This document shows positions 16,497-25,406 of a DNA stretch of 64,000 nucleotides, in pieces; the stretch's first letter is position 1; every line of letters begins with the position of its first letter. Source of the stretch: Actinomycetota bacterium (lineage in GTDB: Bacteria; Actinomycetota; UBA4738; JBBDHU01); contig JBBDHU010000006.1 in assembly GCA_040880705.1 (NCBI GenBank), positions 422,832 to 486,831 on the forward strand, written 5' to 3'. The position numbers and the translations under genes were made by a program. The notes under the pieces are model-generated. The model was not told the DNA's origin. It ran no database searches and saw only the letters and a program-made list of their open reading frames with translations.

Positions 16497-18381
16497 CGAT
16501 CTTCACGATCTTTCTCATCCATAGCACTCCCAGAATGAGCAGGCCGCCTCCTGTGCCCAGCATTACGATCCCAATCGTTCGCTTGAACAGCAGCCCTATG
16601 TAGTCGGGGTTCACGATAGATATGTACGCGAATATGGCGATCGGCAGGACCGTCAGGATCAACGCCGAGATCTTCCCTTCGGTCGTAAGCACATCGACCT
16701 GGCGGCGTATCTCGTCGCGCTCGCGGACTGTGTTCGCGACAGTGTCGAGGATCTCGGCGAGGTTCCCGCCGACCTCCCGCTGAATGTTTACGGCAAGAAC
16801 GGCCCAGCGGAGGTCGTCGCTCCCGATTCTGTCGGCCATGCCATTCAGGGCCTCGTCGACCGGCCGCCCAAGACGGATCTCCGCCACAACGCGGTTGAAC
16901 TCGTCCCCAGCCGGTCCGCCGATCTCCTTAGAGACTGTGTCGATCGCCTGAAGGAAGCTGTGCCCGGCTCGAAGCGAGCTGGCCAGAATCGTGAGGACAT
17001 CCGCCAGCTGGGCCTGAATTCGGGACGAACGCCGGCTGACACCGAGCGACAGCAGAACCCAGGGAACGGCCGCGCCTCCAACAGCAGCGATAACGACGAA
17101 GATGAAATTGCGGAACAGCAGACCCCCGACGATCCCTCCGAGAACGGCGGCGCCGAACGAGAGCGCCACGAATTCACCCGCACCAACGGGGAGGCCGCTT
17201 CGCTCAAGAGCGGTGTCGAGCCGCTCGGTGAAACCGGCCGCCTCGACCGCTCGCGATCCGGCGCGAGTCAGCGAGCCGGGGAGCCACACGGCAGGTGCCT
17301 CCTCCGCACCGGGGTGCTCTGGTCCGGCAACGCGGCGGCGCAGTTCTCGATCGCGCCGAACCCTGCTTCCGGTTCCAAGAAGCATGACCAATAGCGCGAA
17401 GAGCCCACCGAAGACCAGCAGCGTGACAACTACGAGGCCCCAAGTCCCCCTGAAGAACGGCTTGCCCTCGGGAACCGCCGGAATCGGGGATGGGCCGGGC
17501 GTCGATCCCCCACCCTGGCCAACCAGCACGACCGTGTTATCACTCGCGCCAAAAGCACTTACGATCACCGACAGCTGATCGCCCGTCTGCTGCTCGGAGC
17601 GGTAGGTGAGGCGGTACTGGTTCGAGAGCTCCCCGGCAAGCTTCTGATAGATAGAAGCCAGATCGGCGGTTTCGGCGGGTGCGTATGCGCCGCCGGTCTC
17701 CGACGACAGCGATTCCAGAGCATTCACATCCGTGTCACGGGTTTCCAAACCTACCGAGAAGATCGCCGCACCTTTGGCCCTGGCTGCGTCGATCGCCGTT
17801 TGGAGTTTCGCGTCGCTGTTCGTGTCTCCACCGTCCGACAACAACACGATGTTGTGTTGCCCCGTTTCCGTGAACATGTTCGATCCGACGATCACAGCGT
17901 CGAACAGCGGCGTTCGGTCGTTGGTGTCGAGATCGTTCAGCGCGGAGAGGACGGCGTCACGGTCGGCGGTGATGGGCTCCCTGATTCGCGGCTTCCCTCC
18001 GAAGGTGACCAGTCCGATCTCCACTTGCTTCGCGGTGCGCTCCACGAAGTCGACCGCGGCTTCCCGGGCCAAGTCGAGCGGTTCGCCGCGCATTGATGAG
18101 GACGTATCGAGGACCAGTACGACATCCACACGTTCTCCGGTTTCTGAAAGCGGGGTGATCCTGAGACCCGAAGCCTCTTCACCGTTCTCCGTCACCGTGA
18201 CTGCGGATGGGCTTACCTCTCCGCCGGAGATGGCAGCGACTATCGAGACCTCTGGGAAGGAGGACGCGTCGACGCTTCTGACGTCAACGCCCGGTGGGCC
18301 GGTTGGCGACTGAGCGGCGGCGGCAGCCGCCCACAAAACGCTGATCGCGATTCCTATTGCCATCGCCGTGCGCTTCTTCAA
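16489..18381 (-). CDS. fusion protein: signal peptide + von Willebrand factor A (VWA) domain + TadB-type T2SS-F platform domain
   Basis: Signal peptide MKKRTAMAIGIAISVLWAAAAAAQS. The VWA MIDAS motif is present (VVLVLDTSSSM...TPLFDAV...LLSDGGDT). After a TM segment, a T2SSF domain follows (LTILASSLRAGHSFLQAIDTVSKE...). It sits between cpaF and tadC. Confidence 0.75.
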   Translation of the reverse strand: MKKRTAMAIGIAISVLWAAAAAAQSPTGPPGVDVRSVDASSFPEVSIVAAISGGEVSPSAVTVTENGEEASGLRITPLSETGERVDVVLVLDTSSSMRGEPLDLAREAAVDFVERTAKQVEIGLVTFGGKPRIREPITADRDAVLSALNDLDTNDRTPLFDAVIVGSNMFTETGQHNIVLLSDGGDTNSDAKLQTAIDAARAKGAAIFSVGLETRDTDVNALESLSSETGGAYAPAETADLASIYQKLAGELSNQYRLTYRSEQQTGDQLSVIVSAFGASDNTVVLVGQGGGSTPGPSPIPAVPEGKPFFRGTWGLVVVTLLVFGGLFALLVMLLGTGSRVRRDRELRRRVAGPEHPGAEEAPAVWLPGSLTRAGSRAVEAAGFTERLDTALERSGLPVGAGEFVALSFGAAVLGGIVGGLLFRNFIFVVIAAVGGAAVPWVLLSLGVSRRSSRIQAQLADVLTILASSLRAGHSFLQAIDTVSKEIGGPAGDEFNRVVAEIRLGRPVDEALNGMADRIGSDDLRWAVLAVNIQREVGGNLAEILDTVANTVRERDEIRRQVDVLTTEGKISALILTVLPIAIFAYISIVNPDYIGLLFKRTIGIVMLGTGGGLLILGVLWMRKIVKIDV

Positions 18382-19700
18382 GCGGCTGCTCCCGACGGCG
18401 CGAACACCTCCGCGGGCAATTTGAGGCCCCTCTCCGCCAGCTTGTCCAAGAATCTGGGCCGCAATCCCGTGGGCTCGAGCCGGCCGAGGAAGTTGCCGTC
18501 CGCGTCGAGCCCCGCCCCGAAGTCGAAGAGGAAGATGTCCTGAAGCGTGATCACTTCACCCTCCATCCCCGCAACCTCCGTAACATGTGTGAAGCGCCTG
18601 GTTCCGTCCTTCAGCCGGGACTGGTGCACGACGAGTTGGATGGCCGAGGCGATCTGCTCCCGGATACCTTTGCTGCTTAGTTCCATCCCGGCCATCATCG
18701 TCATCGTTTCGATCCTGGACAGCGCATCCCTCGGGGTGTTCGAGTGGATAGTTGAGATCGATCCGTCATGGCCGGTGTTCATGGCTTGGAGCATGTCGAG
18801 CGCTTCGGCGCCACGGACCTCCCCCACCACTATTCGGTCGGGGCGCATGCGAAGTGAGTTTCGGACAAGGTCACGGATCGTTACCTGCCCCTTGCCCTCG
18901 ATGTTGGGAGGACGTGACTCCAGGCGAACTATGTGTGGCTGCTGAAGCTTTAGTTCAGCCGCGTCTTCCACCGTGATGATTCGCTCGTCTTCGGGGATGT
19001 AGGACGAGAGGACATTGAGCGTCGTCGTCTTGCCGGCGCCTGTCGCCCCCGACACGAGGACGTTGATCCGCCCACGTACGCAAACCTCCAGGAACTTGGC
19101 CACAGGCGACGTTAGCGTTCCGAAATTGACGAGGTCGTCAGCCTGATAGGGCTCCACGGAGAACTTCCGGATCGTGAGAACCGGGCCATCCAGCGCCAAA
19201 GGCGGGATGATCGCATTGACACGGGAGCCGTCCGGCAGTCGAGCGTCTACATACGGTGACGACTCGTCGATCCTCCGGCCGACCTTCGCGACGATCTTCT
19301 CGATGGTACGACGCAGGGCATCCTCGTCGTGGAACTTCGCCCCGGTCCAATAGAGCTTCCCTCCGCGCTCCACATAGATGGTGTCGGCGTTGTTGACCAT
19401 GACCTCGCTGACATCCGGATCCCGCACGAACGGCTCAAGAGGACCAAGCCCCATGACCGTGTCGCCGATCTGGCGGATGATCAGCATCTTTTCCTGGTTG
19501 GAGAGAGGGACCTGTTCCTCGTCGAGGAGCTCCCGGAGACGCTGGTGGAACATGCGCTCCAGCTCGTCGTCGGACATCGTGGCGTCGTACAGCTGCGGTC
19601 CCAGAACCTCCACGAGACGCTCCTGTAGGCGGTCCCTTACCTGGGCGATGCGGTCGGGCCGGTCGCCCCCGCCCTTCGCCAACCTATCCTGCAGCGACAT
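18378..19700 (-). CDS. cpaF: Flp/Tad pilus assembly ATPase CpaF/TadA
   Basis: Walker A VSGATGAGKTTTLN, Asp box, Walker B RPDRIVVGEVRG and His box, which is a secretion NTPase of the TadA/VirB11 superfamily. Confidence 0.9.
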   Translation of the reverse strand: MSLQDRLAKGGGDRPDRIAQVRDRLQERLVEVLGPQLYDATMSDDELERMFHQRLRELLDEEQVPLSNQEKMLIIRQIGDTVMGLGPLEPFVRDPDVSEVMVNNADTIYVERGGKLYWTGAKFHDEDALRRTIEKIVAKVGRRIDESSPYVDARLPDGSRVNAIIPPLALDGPVLTIRKFSVEPYQADDLVNFGTLTSPVAKFLEVCVRGRINVLVSGATGAGKTTTLNVLSSYIPEDERIITVEDAAELKLQQPHIVRLESRPPNIEGKGQVTIRDLVRNSLRMRPDRIVVGEVRGAEALDMLQAMNTGHDGSISTIHSNTPRDALSRIETMTMMAGMELSSKGIREQIASAIQLVVHQSRLKDGTRRFTHVTEVAGMEGEVITLQDIFLFDFGAGLDADGNFLGRLEPTGLRPRFLDKLAERGLKLPAEVFAPSGAAA

Positions 19701-19709
19701 ATCGCCCTC

Positions 19710-20945
19710 CTAGCCTTTCCCGAACAAACGGAACTTCTTTCGTCCCTCTTTTTGGCCCCCGTCGGGTTCCCCTTTGAGGTACTCGGTTCGCTTCGCTTCG
19801 TGACCTGCGTCCGTAATGATCCGTTCTGCCAGACGCCCTATGCTCATCGCGACCTCCGACTTCGGCGATTCGACATAAACCGGTTTTCCCATGTTCAGCG
19901 ACATTGGGACAAGCACACTCGAAGGGATCATCGCCTCTACCTCAACCTCCATCACGCGCTGAACATCCTCCGGCCCCAGCCCCACCTTGCTGTCCGCCCG
20001 GTTCAAGATCACATGGAAACGCTCCTTCGGAACGCCGATCCTGACCAGGGTTTCGAGCGCCTTCGAGAGATGCTTGATCCCGACGATGTCGAGCTGGGTA
20101 ATGAGACAGACTTCGTCGGAAAGATCGAACGCCGCGAGCGCCAGGTCCGAGTAGTCCGCCGTCGCGTCGACGACTGTAAAAGGATAGGAGTTGCGAACGG
20201 CCCGCAGGAACTTCCCGATCGCCCCGCCGGACAACTGTTCGGCACCGGGGTCCGTGGGCGCCCCGAACCCCCAGAGGTGCTGGCCGAGGCGCGTGGCGGC
20301 CCCCTCGAGCTGTTCCCTAGATGCCCCTTCTCCGAGCGCGATCAGGTCCTGTATGGGGTGTTCGGGTTCCATACCGAAATACGAGAACACGTCCCCCATG
20401 TCCAGGTCGAGATCGACAACCGCCGTGTCCTGCTCGGAGATGTGCGCGATCGCCGTTGCTAGGTTCGTCGTCAGGAATGTCTTCCCGGTTCCGCCTTTAG
20501 AGGAAAAGATGGAAACAACCGTACCCCTCCTGGTTCCGGCCTTGGAATCACGAACGCTCTGCACGCTGGTCGACCACGACACGGCCTTGTTCAAAGCCTC
20601 TCGAAGTTCCTCGGTGCCGCTCGTTAGATCGACAACGTCGCGGATACCCGCCCGCATGGCCGCGGGCAACATCCCGTTCCAGCTCTGATCGCGCACCAGG
20701 ACGACTGCGGTCGTCGGCGAGCTCCCCGATACGTACTCGGCGAACCCCAGAGCATCCTCGTCTTTCACCTCTGGAGAGACAACGAGTACGGCCACCGCCT
20801 CGGAGGCCTCCGAGACAAGCTCCTCGGCCGCCGTAACGCTTGGTACCCACTCGAGGGCGTCTGGGTCGGCATCGAGCGCGCGCGCAACCTGATGGCGGAA
20901 CATCTGCGGTGTTCCCACCGCAACGATGCGGGGAATATCCGTCAC
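19710..20945 (-). CDS. cpaE: CpaE/TadZ-like pilus assembly protein (receiver-like N-domain + ParA/MinD-type ATPase)
   Basis: A deviant Walker A (SSKGGTGKTFLTTNLA) follows an N-terminal receiver-like domain, the usual architecture in tad loci. Confidence 0.8.
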   Translation of the reverse strand: MTDIPRIVAVGTPQMFRHQVARALDADPDALEWVPSVTAAEELVSEASEAVAVLVVSPEVKDEDALGFAEYVSGSSPTTAVVLVRDQSWNGMLPAAMRAGIRDVVDLTSGTEELREALNKAVSWSTSVQSVRDSKAGTRRGTVVSIFSSKGGTGKTFLTTNLATAIAHISEQDTAVVDLDLDMGDVFSYFGMEPEHPIQDLIALGEGASREQLEGAATRLGQHLWGFGAPTDPGAEQLSGGAIGKFLRAVRNSYPFTVVDATADYSDLALAAFDLSDEVCLITQLDIVGIKHLSKALETLVRIGVPKERFHVILNRADSKVGLGPEDVQRVMEVEVEAMIPSSVLVPMSLNMGKPVYVESPKSEVAMSIGRLAERIITDAGHEAKRTEYLKGEPDGGQKEGRKKFRLFGKG

Positions 20946-21670
20946 GTCGTCGGACTCGTTGTGGGAGTGGGAGTCGCGGCCGGGCTGACGGCTGCCTCAC
21001 CGGGCGGCAGCAAACCAAGCCAAACTTCATTGCTGACTTGAGAGCCAAGCACGCTCTCCGCATCCCGCGGCGTGAGTGCCAATGTCACCAGGAGGGTCTT
21101 CCCAGCGTCACTTTCGCTCGGATCGGGATCGACCACCTTGAGGACCAAGGCGCTGGGCACGACCGTGTCCGACCCTGTCTCCGAGAGCTCCTGACCCCGT
21201 TTGATCGAGGTGAAGGAGCCGCTTGCAAAGACGGTCACGTGGTCGCCCTGCTGGACCTCGTCGCCGACGGCCGGAGCCAACTCCAATGCCAAGGTAATAG
21301 CCTGCATGCCTTTGGGGATTCCGAGCGCCCCTCCAGGCAACTGCTCCGATCCGACGAGACGCGCCGAGGCGATTTGCTCGTTCGCCAGTATGGCTTCGCG
21401 TGTTATCCCGCCCTGCAACTGAGAGAGGGAGGTAACGGCGCCGCTGACTACCGCGTCTGAGGGCACTTGGATCTCGCGGAAGGCCCCGGCATCGATGAGC
21501 GGGTCAAGATCGGTTCCGGCCGGGATTCCCTGCTGGGAGACGATCACTCCGACTAGCTCGCCGCCGGTTTTGGCCTCTTTCCTGACGTTATTGACGTAAA
21601 GGAACACCGCAGCGGTGGCCAGCACCGCAAGTAGGAATGCGGCCCCCACGAGTAGCCCTCTTTCCCTCAT
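20942..21670 (-). CDS. cpaB: Flp pilus assembly protein CpaB/RcpC (SAF domain)
   Basis: N-terminal TM (LLVGAAFLLAVLATAAVFLYV), a SAF-like domain and a Pro/Thr-rich tail. Start placed at ATG 21670 (MRERGLL); the track's start at 21697 is also possible. Confidence 0.7.
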   Translation of the reverse strand: MRERGLLVGAAFLLAVLATAAVFLYVNNVRKEAKTGGELVGVIVSQQGIPAGTDLDPLIDAGAFREIQVPSDAVVSGAVTSLSQLQGGITREAILANEQIASARLVGSEQLPGGALGIPKGMQAITLALELAPAVGDEVQQGDHVTVFASGSFTSIKRGQELSETGSDTVVPSALVLKVVDPDPSESDAGKTLLVTLALTPRDAESVLGSQVSNEVWLGLLPPGEAAVSPAATPTPTTSPTT

Positions 21671-21770
21671 CCTGAACTCCTTCCTTATGAACCTCACCCA
21701 AGAGTCTAGAACCCTGCGAGGGCTGGGACGACCACCAAGAAGTCTAGAGGCCCGCCGGGCCGGAACCCGC

Positions 21771-23102
21771 CTATTCCGGCAGGTCGCAGGAGCCGAAGTC
21801 CTCCTCGCACAGACGGATCTGGTTCAGCCCGCCGAAAGTCCCGTCCCCGCCGCTGGGACCGATCTTCCCGCCGACCCAGGACGTCACGATGCAGCGGGCA
21901 CTTGCGTTTGGGGGAGGAGTTCCACACTCCCCTTCGATCGAGAAATCAAACTCAACACCGACGTCGCTATGAGCCTCCGGGCCGAACGTGATCTCGTGAG
22001 TAGTGGAATCGTAAGCATAGTGCTGGCCCTCAACACAGCATGGCGGATTATTGCCGTTAAGAACCGGCGCGCTCTCAATTTGGAGGCCGGGGTCAGCCCC
22101 GGTGAAGCAAGCACCATCACCGAGGGTTTCAAGGTTGATCACGTCGTTTGCCCCGAAATCATGATCGACGCGGCAATTGGTCAGCCCTTGGCCGCCCGCT
22201 TCATGAGCATCCAGGACTGCATCCAACTGAAGGACGGCGAATCCGACCACGTTGAACTTATCGATCTTGTTTGCCTGCATGATGAACGGCGGCTGCGTGA
22301 TCGGAAACGTCAGCTTGTTCCCGATTTGGTTTTCAAGGTCTTGGTACAAGGAGTCCGAGAGTCCATCTCCGGCACAAACATAAGTGGGATTCGGGAAATT
22401 GAGTTCAAGTGTTTCCAATGGCCCATCGTAGCCGCCGACGGAAGCATAGTGCCGGTTGTCGTCGAGGTCCTTGTTGGAGCAGTCGAGGTTCGCGTCGACG
22501 CCCCACTTGTTCAGGTTCAATGACCCGAAGACGGACCCCTGAAAGAGGTCGTTGTCGAACAGGAGGTTACACGAGGTGCCCTCGGGGACGTTCTCAAGAT
22601 CGTTAAGATCAATTTCGCAGCTAGTGGTACCAAAGGCTTCACTATTAGCGACAAACGGAACAGGGTTGGCACGCCCGGCTGGCTTCCAGACAGCCGTGGC
22701 CTCGGCCGAAACGGGGCGGCTGCCGTCGAAGCCCAGAATCGGCGCGAACACGAATTCGATCGGCGCCTGATATTCGACAGTAACCGTCCCACCTCCGATC
22801 GAACATCCTTCAGGACCGTACTCGTACACAACCGGGTTGGGAAGGTCGGCAATAGACGGCTCGTTGGAGATCGCGAACTCGTCCGCGTTCGTCGGTGCAT
22901 TGCCTGACTCACCGGTGCCGCACGACTGCGCAGCCGCAAGTGCGCCTGAATCCGACGCTCTGATCATCTCGGCTCGGAGAGTCACGAGACCACCGACGTC
23001 GACGACCAATACGACCATTCCAAATATGACGACAAGCAGGAGGGCGACGATGACGATCGTCGCGCCGCGCTCGTCGTCGGCTCGTTTGAGCATCATTCGC
23101 AT
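21771..23102 (-). CDS. TadG-like pilus-associated protein with an N-terminal TadE-like pseudopilin domain and a Cys-rich extracellular region
   Basis: N-terminus ERGATIVIVALLLVVIFGMVVLVVDVGG is typical of TadG (putative Tad pseudopilin). 443 aa with many Cys and Asn/Asp-rich loops. Confidence 0.65.
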   Translation of the reverse strand: MRMMLKRADDERGATIVIVALLLVVIFGMVVLVVDVGGLVTLRAEMIRASDSGALAAAQSCGTGESGNAPTNADEFAISNEPSIADLPNPVVYEYGPEGCSIGGGTVTVEYQAPIEFVFAPILGFDGSRPVSAEATAVWKPAGRANPVPFVANSEAFGTTSCEIDLNDLENVPEGTSCNLLFDNDLFQGSVFGSLNLNKWGVDANLDCSNKDLDDNRHYASVGGYDGPLETLELNFPNPTYVCAGDGLSDSLYQDLENQIGNKLTFPITQPPFIMQANKIDKFNVVGFAVLQLDAVLDAHEAGGQGLTNCRVDHDFGANDVINLETLGDGACFTGADPGLQIESAPVLNGNNPPCCVEGQHYAYDSTTHEITFGPEAHSDVGVEFDFSIEGECGTPPPNASARCIVTSWVGGKIGPSGGDGTFGGLNQIRLCEEDFGSCDLPE

Positions 23103-23494
23103 CTAAAGGTGCCTTGAATCTCTCTGGTGTCGCTAAACGGGGGGATAAACGGGATCAACGTGATCTCAATATCGGTCTGGAAACTAACCTTAACTGGCTC
23201 ACCCTGCTCGTCGTCGCAGGGAGGGTCGCCACTCGGGGAAATAGTTATGGCCCCGACGTCCTCATCAAACGGTTCGGCGGCGTCCGCGACCCGCTGTTCG
23301 ATGGTGCCGGTATCCGCTCCGACGGCCGCGACCCTCGCGCCCTCGCGTGCCGCACTCTCGAGCACCTCTACTTGGCTGAAGATCCGGCCGTACTCAACGA
23401 TGCCGAATACGACCATGAAGAGCACGACCATGATGATGGCGAACTCGACGGCAGCCGCACCCCTCTCGCCGTTCGCGTTACGACCAGCTCGCAT
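23093..23494 (-). CDS. TadE-like minor pilin / pseudopilin
   Basis: Motif RGAAAVEFAIIMVVLFMVVFGIVEYG (TadE signature E-F-A) at the N-terminus, 133 aa. Confidence 0.7.
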   Translation of the reverse strand: MRAGRNANGERGAAAVEFAIIMVVLFMVVFGIVEYGRIFSQVEVLESAAREGARVAAVGADTGTIEQRVADAAEPFDEDVGAITISPSGDPPCDDEQGEPVKVSFQTDIEITLIPFIPPFSDTREIQGTFRCE

Positions 23495-23543
23495 CTACAC
23501 CTCTGAAGTTGATTACAGGAACCGTTGGCGATCGCTTCGCCGA

Positions 23544-23579
23544 CCGCTCACTTCCCTATCTACACAGAGAAGTGAGCGG
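23544..23579 (-). terminator. stem-loop (11-bp perfect stem ccgctcacttc/gaagtgagcgg, 14-nt loop) 45 nt downstream of flp
   Basis: Inverted repeat read directly from the sequence. No U-tract follows. Its position after the pilin gene suggests an attenuating or stabilising hairpin separating flp from the tad genes. Confidence 0.4.
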
Positions 23580-23623
23580 CCGGTAAGACCACCCTTTCAA
23601 GCCCGCATCAGGCACTCGAGAGA

Positions 23624-23830
23624 CTAGCCAGCATTCTCGAGTTCTTCGTTGACTGTGTCGAAGCCTGAGCTGACGTTCTCACCGAGCGCAAGGACGATGG
23701 CAACGATCACCGCGGCAATTAGCGCGACGAGAAGCCCGTACTCTACGCCGGTCGCACCTCCCTCTGACGAGAAGTACTCGCGTCGGTCAACCAGCCAAAC
23801 TCTGGCCTTCAAGTAGAAACTGAGAAGCAT
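23624..23830 (-). CDS. flp: Flp family type IVb pilin (prepilin)
   Basis: Start placed at ATG 23830, which has AGGAGG 7 nt upstream. The 68-aa product has a leader ending ...SSEGG followed by ATGVEYGLLVALIAAVIVAIVLAL (Flp motif G/A-T-x-x-EYGL). The track ORF (121 aa) extends upstream of the RBS. Confidence 0.7.
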   Translation of the reverse strand: MLLSFYLKARVWLVDRREYFSSEGGATGVEYGLLVALIAAVIVAIVLALGENVSSGFDTVNEELENAG

Positions 23831-23873
23831 TCGTTCACCTCCTTCCCCACGCCCCATTGAAGCGTGTCCCCGA

Positions 23874-23902
23874 ATTATAAACCCAGGCCGCACGACTTCG
23901 AC
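23874..23902 (-). promoter_or_regulatory. candidate flp promoter: -10 TATAAT (plus-strand attata at 23874-23879) about 36 nt upstream of the flp ATG, with a weak -35 (GTCGAA) 17 nt further upstream
   Basis: The minus strand reads GGGTTTATAATTCGGGG in an AT-richer island between flp and the divergent membrane-protein gene. The same island also holds tatacg and tttag boxes for the divergent gene. Confidence 0.35.
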
Positions 23903-23980
23903 CTTTAGATTCGCCTTCCGGCCTACGATATACGGGTGATCCGACGTCGCGAACCGCACCACCGAGTCTCTGGGCTGTCG

Positions 23981-25378
23981 ATGGAGCACTTGTGGGCAAC
24001 AGTGGCGGTAGTTTTACCGGCCGTAGCTGCGCTCGAGGCCAGTTTGAGCACAGTAGATCTCGCTTACAACATCCGCGCGGGCGAGATCATGCTCCGGACA
24101 TACGACCTAGTCCGAACGGACGTTTTTTCTTTCACAGCCGCTGGACTTCCTTGGTTTGATCAGCAATGGGCGGCGCAAGTTCTGCTCGCCTTCGTCCACG
24201 GCGCTGGCGGCTGGTCACTCGTCGCCATCCTGCGCGCCGGTCTGGTCGGCGCGATCTACCTGTTCGTCTACTTGTCGTGCCGGCAAGCCGATGCCGGCGT
24301 CCGCCCAAGCGCCTGGCTCACGATCGCGTCCTTCTTGGTGGGCGTCGGAGCTCTTTCACCGAGACCGCAGTTGATCGGGATGGCATTGTTCGCCGTCATC
24401 GTCTGGACAACGGCAAGCCGGCACAAACACCCGGCACGGATGTGGCTCGTGCCCGCGCTGACGATCGTCTGGGCAAACACTCACGGGAGCTTCTTCCTCG
24501 CCCCGCTCTTCTTGTCATTGGTTTGGTTCCAAGACCTTCACGAGCGACGCCCTGCCGCAAGCGCAACGGCGAAGATCGCTGTCCTGTCGCTGGCAGCGAC
24601 GTTAATAAATCCGTACGGACTCGGCGTGTGGCACTACGTGGTTTCGCTTTCCACGAACGACGTAGTGACGAGATTCATCCAAGAATGGCAACCTCCTACC
24701 GTTCGCCACTTCGGCGGCGCGGTGTTCCTGGCTTCTGCAGTCGGAGTTGCCATCGTCCTTGTCCGGCGGGGGAAAAAAACACCCTGGCCAGCCCTGCTTA
24801 CGCTCGGTGCGTTTTTGATCATGGGCCTCTTCGCGCTTCGAGGCATCGTCTGGTGGTCCATAGTCGCGCCGGTTATCATCGCCGGGCTTCTCCCCAAGGC
24901 GCAAGGTGCCCGGCAGCCTGACGCACCCAAGCGGCTGAACTTAGCGATCGCAGCAGTCTTAGTGGCTCTCGGCGTCTCGTTTCTGCCCGTGTTTCGAGAT
25001 CACAATCCGCTGACTCAGAACAAGCCGCTTCTTTCCGATGCGCCCCCGGGTGTCACAGCACGACTGCGCGCGGTTCTCGAGCCCGGCGATCGCATGTTCG
25101 CGCCCCAGCGATGGGGGTCCTGGTTCGAGCTGGCTTTGCCCCGAAACCCCGTGGCAGTCGACTCACGGATTGAAGTCATCCCGGAATCGGTGTGGGCGGA
25201 CTACGTAACGGTTTCTTTCGGTCAGGAGGGGTGGCAACAGGTTCTCGATCGGTGGGATGTGAGTGTGGTGATAACGCATCCAGAGCAGCAGCGGTATCTG
25301 ATCCCACGCATTTCCGCAGACCCGGGCTGGACGCTCCAATACGAGGACACAGAAGGAATGATCTTCATCAGAAGCTGA
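23981..25378 (+). CDS. large polytopic membrane protein with a C-terminal extracytoplasmic domain, unknown function
   Basis: About 11 hydrophobic helices over the first roughly 330 aa, then a soluble roughly 130-aa C-terminal domain. Start placed at ATG 23981 ([12 protein letters not shown]); the track's start at 23936 overlaps the flp coding region on the other strand. Confidence 0.55.
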   Translation: MEHLWATVAVVLPAVAALEASLSTVDLAYNIRAGEIMLRTYDLVRTDVFSFTAAGLPWFDQQWAAQVLLAFVHGAGGWSLVAILRAGLVGAIYLFVYLSCRQADAGVRPSAWLTIASFLVGVGALSPRPQLIGMALFAVIVWTTASRHKHPARMWLVPALTIVWANTHGSFFLAPLFLSLVWFQDLHERRPAASATAKIAVLSLAATLINPYGLGVWHYVVSLSTNDVVTRFIQEWQPPTVRHFGGAVFLASAVGVAIVLVRRGKKTPWPALLTLGAFLIMGLFALRGIVWWSIVAPVIIAGLLPKAQGARQPDAPKRLNLAIAAVLVALGVSFLPVFRDHNPLTQNKPLLSDAPPGVTARLRAVLEPGDRMFAPQRWGSWFELALPRNPVAVDSRIEVIPESVWADYVTVSFGQEGWQQVLDRWDVSVVITHPEQQRYLIPRISADPGWTLQYEDTEGMIFIRS

Positions 25379-25406
25379 TCCCTCTCCTCCTGGGAGACTG
25401 AGAAGG

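Noticed and set aside
21615-22523. 302-aa plus-strand ORF antisense to the tadG-like gene
   Set aside because: There is no recognisable domain. The opposite strand encodes a TadE-like N-terminus in the proper tad gene order.
15561-23989. A search for a prepilin peptidase (TadV/CpaA) within the tad locus
   Set aside because: No ORF in or near the locus has the paired-Asp A24 peptidase signature in a polytopic membrane protein. It is noted as absent rather than mis-assigned to the small membrane ORFs.
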